DNA of 64,000 bases from an uncultured Acidimicrobiales bacterium (GTDB lineage: Bacteria > Actinomycetota > Acidimicrobiia > Acidimicrobiales > Aldehydirespiratoraceae): the NCBI GenBank assembly GCA_951812975.1, contig CATOTC010000005.1, positions 242,773-306,772 on the forward strand, read 5' to 3'. Under the pieces are notes generated by a model that was given only the letters and a program-made list of their open reading frames with translations, made no database searches and had not been told where the DNA came from. The translations under genes were made by a program, and so were the position numbers. Below, piece by piece: positions 9,304-17,159 of this stretch. Each line of letters starts with the position of its first letter. Position 1 is the first letter of the stretch.

Positions 9304-10174
9304 TGCGCGCTCCTTCGGTGAGCTTGGCGACGTAGGCATCGTGTGATTCGAGTTCCAACCAGTCCTTGCGGAACTGCTCCCAGGCCTCGGGGTCACGGGC
9401 GGTTGCGGCGTAATCGCCCTGGAAGGCCTCGTCGCGACCGTAGTCGGGAGGGCATTCGGTGAAATGGGCACCTTGTGATGCCTGCACGACTCCGTCGACG
9501 TGGGTTCGCGGGATCCGCAGCGTGTGAATCGATCCCTCTTGAAGAAACTGCTCTGTGGGAACGATCTGTTCTGCAGACATGAAGGTCTTGTCAGCAGCCA
9601 TTGCGAACAGGTCGTCGAAATACAGGTCCGGTCCCAGGAACTGGCCGTTGCCCTTGGCATCGGCCCGGTTCATGTGGAGGATCGCCGCATCCATCTGAAA
9701 TGCCGGAACGGCCACCAGCTCCTCGCCGTCGTCGTAGGGAGACCTCACCGTCTTGAGATCAGGGTTCTCCGACATCATCGCGGTGCCCAGACCTGCTCGG
9801 GTCGGATAGAAGGGCATTCGATGGGCGGCGGCCATCAAGCCCAGATAGAAGGCACCTTCGTCGAGTTCGGAGATGTCGACGGCGCCTGTCTGGCGGGCGA
9901 CCCGGAAATGGGGTTCCAACGGGATCGAGTCCAGCGAAACGAAGCCGTAGGTGACCTTTCGGACCTTTCCCGCAGCGCACAGGATCCCCACATCGGGTCC
10001 GCCGTAGGAGACGATGTCGAGGTCGGTCAGGTCGCTGCGCAGAATGGCCCGCACCAGCGACATCGGCTTGCGACGAGACCCCCAGCCGCCGATGCCGAGC
10101 GTCATCCCACTGCGGAGTTCAGCGATGACCTCGTCCTCGGTCATTCGTTTGTCTGCCACTGAGACTCCCCTCAT
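9287..10174 (-). CDS. CoA-transferase subunit A (IpdA-like)
   Basis: GMTLGIGGWG glycine-rich motif. N-terminus DKRMTEDEVIAEL aligns to IpdA-type starts. Start taken at the M 18 codons into the tracked ORF. Confidence 0.75.
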   Translation of the reverse strand: MRGVSVADKRMTEDEVIAELRSGMTLGIGGWGSRRKPMSLVRAILRSDLTDLDIVSYGGPDVGILCAAGKVRKVTYGFVSLDSIPLEPHFRVARQTGAVDISELDEGAFYLGLMAAAHRMPFYPTRAGLGTAMMSENPDLKTVRSPYDDGEELVAVPAFQMDAAILHMNRADAKGNGQFLGPDLYFDDLFAMAADKTFMSAEQIVPTEQFLQEGSIHTLRIPRTHVDGVVQASQGAHFTECPPDYGRDEAFQGDYAATARDPEAWEQFRKDWLELESHDAYVAKLTEGARNDRHS

Positions 10175-10397
10175 CGATCGTGCCGGTCCCGGCCTCAAGG
10201 GCCCCCTGACGGTATTCCACCGCAATCCGCGTTGCTAAACCCGCAGCGGAGGTCCCTCCGGCTAGCACAGGCACCAAGACGGTGACGGCAACTGTTCGGC
10301 GCAGGGGTGTGAAAATACGCGTAGGGTTCTATTCCACCGGACCTCCTTCAGATTCGGTGCGTCTCAACTCCGATTCTGGAGGCCCGGGCACCCCGCA

Positions 10398-11081
10398 ATG
10401 GACCCAGTCCCCGCTCATATTCGAAGAGCTACAATGCTGCTTCTGGTACTCGTGCTTGGCATCCTGCTGCCGGCGTCATGCGGGTCTGACGGCGAAGCAC
10501 TGGAACACATCGCCAATCGCTCCGATAGTGCTTCGCGTGAGCGAACCTATTCCTCGGTCACCGAACTCCGCGACCTGATAACTCAACGCAAGGAGTCAGA
10601 GGTTGGGAACGAATTGGTTGTCGTCGGTGAGATCACCGAGGTCAGCAGAGGTGCATCGTTCAGTTGGGATGTCGATGACACAACAGACACAGTGGTCAAG
10701 ACCCAATACCCTTTCGGCGACGATCGGGCGATGGTTCGTACCATTCACTTGACTGTTGCTGTTTCGGAGGTGATTGCCCCGCCCAGCGAAGAGAATATCG
10801 GGACGATTACCGTTGGTCTTGTATTCGACTCTGGGATTGGTTTCGATGCCGTAAACAATGACTATTCAGACCTTGGGACGGTGGTGTTGTTCCTAAGCCA
10901 AAGCGCAGTGTTCGACTACGAACCTGGGATCTATGGAATCTTCGAAGGTGGCGCGTTGATGGGAGTGCTTAAGAATGACGGAACTCTGCATTTCCCGGCT
11001 ATGTCAGAGCCGGGAATTCTCCTCGGCGGCAGCCGAACGATCGCGTTGGACACGCTGAGGGTCGGAGACGTCGACCGCTAG
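10398..11081 (+). CDS. hypothetical secreted protein/lipoprotein (RR-containing signal peptide, LLPASC lipobox-like)
   Basis: N-terminus MDPVPAHIRRATMLLLVLVLGILLPASCGS. GC content visibly lower than neighbours. No family recognised. Confidence 0.5.
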   Translation: MDPVPAHIRRATMLLLVLVLGILLPASCGSDGEALEHIANRSDSASRERTYSSVTELRDLITQRKESEVGNELVVVGEITEVSRGASFSWDVDDTTDTVVKTQYPFGDDRAMVRTIHLTVAVSEVIAPPSEENIGTITVGLVFDSGIGFDAVNNDYSDLGTVVLFLSQSAVFDYEPGIYGIFEGGALMGVLKNDGTLHFPAMSEPGILLGGSRTIALDTLRVGDVDR

Positions 11082-11203
11082 TTGGTCGATCGCTAGTTGA
11101 TCGACTGGCAAACACCCATAACACCTGGACTCACAAACGGGTCCCCGTCACCCTCGGTTTCTCGGCTTGCTTGGCCCCGAAGGCTCGCCGGTAGGGTGGC
11201 GGC

Positions 11204-12007
11204 ATGGTCGAGACGCACGACTCTCTTGACATGAGCGGTCGCACTGTCATCGTCACCGGTGGCACCAAGGGTCTCGGGCGGGTGATCGCCACACGCTTTC
11301 TGGAGCAGGGCGCGGACGTGGTGATCTGTGCCCGTAGCGAACCGGAGGGCCCGGTCGAGTTCGAGGGCCGGCAAGCTGTCTTCGTCGCCGCCGACATTCG
11401 CGATCCAGACCAGGTCACAACAGTGGTGTCGGCCGCGATCGAGGCGACCGGCCGGATAGACGTGCTCGTCAACAATGCCGGCGGGGCGCCCCCAACAGAG
11501 AGCGCCACGGTGTCGCCGCGGTTCAACGACAGGATCACTGCACTCAACCTCTTGGCGCCGATGACTTTCGCTCAGGCTGTGCACGACCAGATGCAGTCAC
11601 AATCCGACGGTGGGGTGATCATCAACATCACCTCGGTTAGTGGGATTCGGGCCAACCCTCAGGGCGCGGCCTACGGGGCCGCCAAAGCGGGGCTGATCAA
11701 CCTGACGGAGACTCTGGCGCACGAATGGGGACCGAAGATCCGTGTGATCGCCCTGGTGGTGGGGATGATCGTGACCGAGCAGGCCCACCTGTTCTACGGG
11801 GACGAGGAGGGGATCGCGGCGGTCGGCCGAACGCTGGCCCTCAAGCGCATGGGCACTCCCGACGAAGTAGCCGACGTTGTGCTGTTCGCAGCCTCGCCTC
11901 TGGCCCGCTGGGTGTCGGGTTGCGCGATCCCCGTCCACGGCGGCGGTGAGAGCCCCGGCTACATCGACGCCTCAACTGTCGAGCAGTCCGGCAGGCCGAA
12001 GTCATGA
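11204..12007 (+). CDS. SDR family oxidoreductase
   Basis: TGGTKGLG Rossmann motif, NNAG, YxxxK (YGAAKAG). Confidence 0.85.
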   Translation: MVETHDSLDMSGRTVIVTGGTKGLGRVIATRFLEQGADVVICARSEPEGPVEFEGRQAVFVAADIRDPDQVTTVVSAAIEATGRIDVLVNNAGGAPPTESATVSPRFNDRITALNLLAPMTFAQAVHDQMQSQSDGGVIINITSVSGIRANPQGAAYGAAKAGLINLTETLAHEWGPKIRVIALVVGMIVTEQAHLFYGDEEGIAAVGRTLALKRMGTPDEVADVVLFAASPLARWVSGCAIPVHGGGESPGYIDASTVEQSGRPKS

Positions 12008-12468
12008 CCGAGGTCGCGGACGCCTCAGATGGTCTTGAGCGGCGCTCGTTGCTGACTGACCGCACGACCATCGCGGCCCTGTTGGTCATGGTCTCCGCGG
12101 CGATTTTCGTCTTCATCGCATTCACGAACCGCCACGACCACAGCACCCGCGATCATCCCAGCGCCGAGGTCGTCACCGACGCGAGCGCTTCAGATCCAGA
12201 ACACGATCACAGCACCCACGACCACTCAGAGGACATCGGATCGACGTTCGTGAGCACCGAGCGCATCAGCCCGCCTGAGGCTTGCCGCACCATCGTCGGC
12301 TGCGATGACGCGGGACCGAAACCGCAGAGTCCCGGCGATCGCGGCGGTTGGGCGCAGTTCCTGACCCTCGGCGCGGTGGCCGTCGGGCTCGCCTTCATTG
12401 CCACGAAGATCATCCGCTCCAGCCGTGGAGCCCGCGCCACCCGGGGAGCCCGCACCACCCGGTCATGA
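12004..12468 (+). CDS. hypothetical membrane protein with His/Asp-rich (HDHSTRDH / HDHSTHDHSED) segment
   Basis: ATGA overlap with the SDR stop. Predicted N- and C-terminal TM helices flank a His/Asp/Glu-rich putative metal-binding stretch. Confidence 0.45.
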   Translation: MTEVADASDGLERRSLLTDRTTIAALLVMVSAAIFVFIAFTNRHDHSTRDHPSAEVVTDASASDPEHDHSTHDHSEDIGSTFVSTERISPPEACRTIVGCDDAGPKPQSPGDRGGWAQFLTLGAVAVGLAFIATKIIRSSRGARATRGARTTRS

Positions 12469-12521
12469 GCACCGGGCGACCTTCAACCTGTGGAGAATAA
12501 TCCAGGAAAATTCTCCATCCG

Positions 12522-12935
12522 ATGGAGAGAAATCCTCAATTGGACCTCGTCCACCGCGATGCCCTGCATCAGACTGACTGGTCCCGCGTCCAGACCAGCG
12601 CGTTCTTGCAACGGCTCACGGGAGGGCTGGGATCACGGGTGAACAGCTCAGCAATCGCAAACGACCTACGCACGTCGGCCAACACGGTACGACGACGGAT
12701 CACCGCTCTGCAGGAGGCTTTCGTTTTATGGCCGTGCCACCGATCCCACAATCTGGAGCCGCAACTGCGTGCACAAGAGAAGCTGTACTTCACCGATCCG
12801 ATCTTCACCCGCCTTCAGCCCGACAGCTCCACCGACTCTTCTCTGCTGTCTGAACAACAACTCGGGGTGGCGCTGTTGCGGGCACTGGAACGCGAGGAAC
12901 CCGGCACTTACCTGGAGTTCGACCGGGTTTGCGCT
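12522..12935 (+). pseudogene. 5'-truncated fragment of a DUF4143-domain AAA ATPase
   Basis: SSAIANDLRTSANTVRRRITALQEAFVLW...KLYFTDPIF matches only the C-terminal DUF4143 region. The AAA domain is missing. The fragment begins right after a low-GC hairpin. Confidence 0.4.
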
Positions 12936-13730
12936 GTCTTGGTCGGTTGGCACGGTAGTTGGTGCTCGTGGATCTGCTCCGAGGTGAGCGCCCCCCGCTC
13001 GATGTCGGCGTACGCGCCCAGGCGGTCTCGGAGGTCTCGGTCCATGGCGAGCCCGCTCGGGTCGCGGTCGCCGACGTAGACAATCGTCGTGGCTCCGGAG
13101 CCGTCATAGTCGACGATCCGGTCCACGGCCTCCTCCAGCGCGGTCAGCGACGCGTAGCCGCGGCAGGCCAGCGCAGGCACCCGCCAGCGCAGGCACCCCC
13201 AGCGGGCAGCGACCGGGCCGACAACGCCCATCACCGCGGCCTTCTCAGCCCAGACCTCGACGCGATCCGCTCCGGCCCAGGGGTCGGTCTCGCAGCCGGC
13301 GGCCAGCGCCTCGATCTGGCGGCGCACAAGTCCGGGCACGTCGCCGGTGGCGTCGTAGTCGAACACGGGCACGTGAGCGACACGGCCCAGGTCGTCGAGG
13401 CAGCGCGACCCGTGTCGCGGCGGGGTGCAGCTCGTCAAGGATCTCCGGGAGGTACCACGGCCCGCCGAGCATCTCATCGGGGCGGGGTCGTCGGTCACCG
13501 ACAGTCCTCGCAGCGGTCATGGGGCCTCGATCAGAGGTTCGGGCAATCGCCGTGGCAGACCTTCGGGACGCAGTCCGCGGGATCCCAGTCGAGCCGCTCA
13601 GCGGTGGCGGCCTCGTCGTCGTCAGCAAGCCCACACCATCACCACCAGCAGGTTTCTGCACAATCATGTCCGTCGTGTCTGTGGCGCTTCGTCGACAAGG
13701 ATTGCTTTGTTGGGCATCCCGATGGGCCAT
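12908..13730 (-). pseudogene. frameshifted remnant of a Toprim/DxD-motif protein (JetD-C-terminal-like or PRTase-like), contains a 16-bp tandem duplication
   Basis: Motif IVYVGDRDPSGLAMDRDLRDRL (hydrophobic-x-GDxDxxG...LR). Two overlapping minus-strand ORFs in different frames. 15-bp unit CCAGCGCAGGCACCC repeated at 13168-13182 and 13184-13198 inside the ORF. Confidence 0.3.
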
Positions 13731-13811
13731 GCTTGTACTGTTTTCATTAATTCTATGATATGTAAAGGCTTTACAAGGGTCACTGTCACACCCTGTGTCT
13801 AAGGTTGTGTC

Positions 13812-15218
13812 ATGGAATCAGCTTCTGTGACCGGCCTGTTGGACCCCACCACCGCTGTTGGTGTCGGTTGTGGCATTGCCGGGTCGGTGTGTGTCGGGCG
13901 GGTTGATGAGGCGGGGTTGTCTGATGAGGGGCTGCGGTCACACTTGAAGGTGTTGGGTCGTGCGGAGTCTCGGTTGGTGGCGATGAGGTCGCGGGCGTTG
14001 GCTGAGTTGAGCCGCCGTCACAGCACCGCGGATGCGCAGCGTCTGGTACGTGACGAGCTGCAGGCCTCCAAGCGAGAGGCCAAACGCGATGTTGAGACCG
14101 CGGCGCGGTTGGCGGAACTGCCAGCCACCAGTGAGGCGTTGGAGTCTGGTGAGATCCCCCAAGGTCACGCCCGGTTGATCGCCCGAGCATCTGGGGAGAG
14201 CCTGATCGATGAGGCGCTGCTTGTCGAATCAGCCAACAGCGAGCCCTTCGATGAGTTCGCCCAGACTGTGAAACGCCATCAACAAGACGTGGCCGATGAC
14301 GACGGACAAGCCTTGTTGGACCGTCAACGCGCCAAACGCAAAGCACGGATCTTCGAATCAGCCGACTCTGGGATGTTCGTGCTTTCTGCCGAGTTCGATC
14401 AGATCACCGGAGCACGAATCGCCACCGCGTTGACCGCCAAAGAACGACAGCTGTGGCACCGCGAGGACCCCACGGCGCGTGCCACGCCCCAGCAGCGCAT
14501 GGCCGACGCGTTGGCCAAGCTGATCTGTCAACCATCCGGTGACGGAAAGTCTGCGGGCACGGATCTGCTGGTGATCGCAGATTTCGATGTGCTCAAACAA
14601 CAACTCGACAACCCCCGGTTGGCTGACGGTTCACCAATACCGATCGTTGAGCTGCACCGCCTGGCGCTCGAAGCAAACCTGTTGCCCTCGATCTTCGACG
14701 CCAAAGCCCAAGACATGTGGATGGGCCGCCGCCTGCGGACCGCGACTGAAGCTCAACGTGTCGCGTTGATCGCAAGAGACCAGCACTGCATCGGCTGTGG
14801 CGCCAACCCCTTGTGGTGCCGAGCACATCACATCATCTGGTGGTCAAGGAACGGACCCACCTACCTCGACAACCTCGCACTGGTCTGCGACGACTGCCAC
14901 CACAAAATCCACGACCACCACTGGCAAGTCCACCAAGACCCAACAACCGGAAAATACGACCTCAAACCCCCTGGCGCCACCGACACGACAACTGCGATCA
15001 AGCAGATCAGGACACAAAGCCGAACCACCCAGAGCAACCCAACCGCCGCAACGAACACCACCGACCCCAGCAGGACACAAGACCGAACCGCCCAGTGCAA
15101 CCGAACCACCGCATGCCCGGGCGATACGGAGACGTCCAAACAGATGACACTGACCGGCCCCCTACAACAGCACGCAGTCGGCGCCGGCGACGCCGATCCG
15201 TCAAACAGAAAACGCTGA
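13812..15218 (+). CDS. DUF222 + HNH endonuclease domain protein (REP13E12-family-like)
   Basis: HNH motif CIGCGANPLWCRAHHIIWWSRNGPTYLDNLALVCDDCHHKIH. N-terminal DUF222-like region. Thr/Gln/Pro-rich low-complexity tail. AT-rich upstream region. Confidence 0.85.
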   Translation: MESASVTGLLDPTTAVGVGCGIAGSVCVGRVDEAGLSDEGLRSHLKVLGRAESRLVAMRSRALAELSRRHSTADAQRLVRDELQASKREAKRDVETAARLAELPATSEALESGEIPQGHARLIARASGESLIDEALLVESANSEPFDEFAQTVKRHQQDVADDDGQALLDRQRAKRKARIFESADSGMFVLSAEFDQITGARIATALTAKERQLWHREDPTARATPQQRMADALAKLICQPSGDGKSAGTDLLVIADFDVLKQQLDNPRLADGSPIPIVELHRLALEANLLPSIFDAKAQDMWMGRRLRTATEAQRVALIARDQHCIGCGANPLWCRAHHIIWWSRNGPTYLDNLALVCDDCHHKIHDHHWQVHQDPTTGKYDLKPPGATDTTTAIKQIRTQSRTTQSNPTAATNTTDPSRTQDRTAQCNRTTACPGDTETSKQMTLTGPLQQHAVGAGDADPSNRKR

Positions 15219-15300
15219 CCGACGCCCAACAACAGCACGCAGTCGGCGCCGGCGACGCCGATCCGTCAAACAGAAAACCCAGACCGGCACCGAACAACAC
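15148..15300. repeat. ~65-bp tandem repeat x2.3 spanning the HNH gene stop codon
   Basis: CAACAGCACGCAGTCGGCGCCGGCGACGCCGATCCGTCAAACAGAAAAC occurs at 15165-15212 and 15230-15277, with matching CTGACCGxCxCC leaders. Unit 1 contains the TGA stop. Confidence 0.8.
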
Positions 15301-15522
15301 CAACACCCCTCCGGCCCTCGGACCGACACACGATGACGCAGACACCTCCTAATCGACCACCCGGACAAGCCCTGCGGGGTTGAGACGCCGAAGCGGTCAA
15401 TGGAGCAGGCTGGCGATATATCCGACAAAAATGATCGGAATTAGGTGCTTTAGTTGACCCAGTAGGTTATGGTGTCCTGGAATCCTGACTGTTCGGATCG
15501 GGATTATCTGGATTGTGCAACC

Positions 15523-16158
15523 ATGGCTCCATACCCGGTCAACCTGGAACTCAGCGGTCAACCCGTCCTCGTCGTCGGAGGCGGACCGGTCGCGGCCCGC
15601 AAGGTAGCAGGCCTGCGAAGCGCTGATGCTCGCGTGACTGTCGTCTCCCCCACTGCAGTCCGCGGGATCAGCGCTGACCCCGACGTGCGTTGGTTGGCAC
15701 GCCCGTACCGGCAAGGAGAGGTATCGGCCTACCGTCTCGCCGTCACAGCCACCAACGACCCCGAAGTCAACGCCGCGGTGAAGGCCGACGGCGACAGGGC
15801 CAACGTGTTCGTCAACTCCGCCGACGACCCCTCCAACTGCTCGTTCACGCTTCCCGCCGTGGCCCGCCGAGGCGACCTGCAGATCACCGTGTCGACCGGC
15901 GGCCGCAGCCCCGGCCTCGCCCGATGGTTGCGCCGAAGACTCGAGCGTCAACTCGACGAGGGCTACGAAGGGCTCCTCACGCTGCTGGCCGAGACCCGGG
16001 CCGAGGCCCGCGCCAGATTCGGCACATCGGAGATCCCCGGATGGGACGCCGCGCTCGACGACGGACTGCTCGAACTGGTGCAGCAGAACCGAACGACCGA
16101 AGCCCGAGAACGTCTTCACGACCACCTCGGCCTGACGCCGGAAGGTGTGCTCACATGA
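15523..16158 (+). CDS. precorrin-2 dehydrogenase / sirohydrochlorin ferrochelatase (siroheme synthase N-terminal domain, SirC/Met8-like)
   Basis: LVVGGGPVAARKVAGL NAD-binding motif typical of the CysG N-terminus. Confidence 0.8.
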   Translation: MAPYPVNLELSGQPVLVVGGGPVAARKVAGLRSADARVTVVSPTAVRGISADPDVRWLARPYRQGEVSAYRLAVTATNDPEVNAAVKADGDRANVFVNSADDPSNCSFTLPAVARRGDLQITVSTGGRSPGLARWLRRRLERQLDEGYEGLLTLLAETRAEARARFGTSEIPGWDAALDDGLLELVQQNRTTEARERLHDHLGLTPEGVLT

Positions 16159-17159
16159 CCGTTTACCTCGTCGGTGCAGGGCCGGGAGACCCCGACCTGC
16201 TGACCGTCAAGGCCACCAGACTGCTGCAGCGCGCCGATGTGGTCGTCTACGACCGCCTCATCGAGCCGGCAGTGCTCGACCTCGCCCCGCCCTGGGCCGA
16301 GATGATCGACGTCGGCAAGCGCCCCGGCGCACCCACGGACTCCCAGACCCGAATCAACGATGTGCTGATCGACCGGGGCCGCCGGTTCGACTGCGTCGTC
16401 CGTCTCAAAGGGGGCGACCCCTTCGTGTTCGGACGCGGCGGGGAGGAGGCACTCGAACTGCGGGCCGCAGGCATCGACGTCGAGGCGGTACCGGGGATCA
16501 CCTCTGCATTAGCGGCACCCGCCGCGGCCGGGATACCCGTCACCATGCGAGGCGTTAGCAGCGGTTTCACCGTCGTCACCGGCCACCAGGACCCCAACAC
16601 CGACCAATGGCTCGACTGGGACGCCCTCGCTCGCACCGGCACGACCCTGGTGATCCTGATGGGCGCATCACGCACCACCCTGATCTCGCAGCGGCTCATC
16701 GCCGCCGGAATGGCCACCGACACGGCCGTCGCCATCGTCTACTCCGCTACGACCGACCACGAGAGCGTCACAAGAACCACCCTCGCCGAACTTCCCGACA
16801 TCGAAGTAACCAACCCGTCGACGCTGGTGATCGGCTCAGTCGCCGCCCAATCCGTGATCAAAACGGAACTGACTCAGTGCTTAGCGGAGGTGACCATGGC
16901 CGCAGCCGGGCTGAATCGAGGCGAAACCGGGCTGGCCCCGGCCGTAGACGCAATCCCCGCCTCTCCCGGCCATTTCAACACCAACGCGCTCGCCAACCAT
17001 CACGAACTAGCCAACCATCAACAACCCGCCAACCGACACGAACCCGCCAACAACCACCAACCGGCCGGCAACGGGGAAGCGGCCGGCTCTCAAGAACCGG
17101 CCCACCGCCAAGAGACGACCGACCGTAATGAACCGACCCGGAAAGGGGCCCTGAGATGA
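16155..17159 (+). CDS. cobA: uroporphyrinogen-III C-methyltransferase with C-terminal low-complexity tail
   Basis: ATGA overlap with upstream gene. VYLVGAGPGDPDLLTVKA and VVRLKGGDPFVFGRGGEE motifs. Confidence 0.9.
   Translation: MTVYLVGAGPGDPDLLTVKATRLLQRADVVVYDRLIEPAVLDLAPPWAEMIDVGKRPGAPTDSQTRINDVLIDRGRRFDCVVRLKGGDPFVFGRGGEEALELRAAGIDVEAVPGITSALAAPAAAGIPVTMRGVSSGFTVVTGHQDPNTDQWLDWDALARTGTTLVILMGASRTTLISQRLIAAGMATDTAVAIVYSATTDHESVTRTTLAELPDIEVTNPSTLVIGSVAAQSVIKTELTQCLAEVTMAAAGLNRGETGLAPAVDAIPASPGHFNTNALANHHELANHQQPANRHEPANNHQPAGNGEAAGSQEPAHRQETTDRNEPTRKGALR

Noticed and set aside
12959-13750. 263-aa plus-strand ORF across the decayed locus
   Set aside because: No recognisable motifs, Arg/Gly-rich, and it overlaps the minus-strand Toprim-like fragment. 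Likely non-coding.
14797-15352. Pro/Thr-rich ORFs (116 and 179 aa) overlapping the 3' end of the HNH gene
   Set aside because: They are alternative-frame translations of the low-complexity repeat DNA, and the HNH frame carries the conserved motifs.
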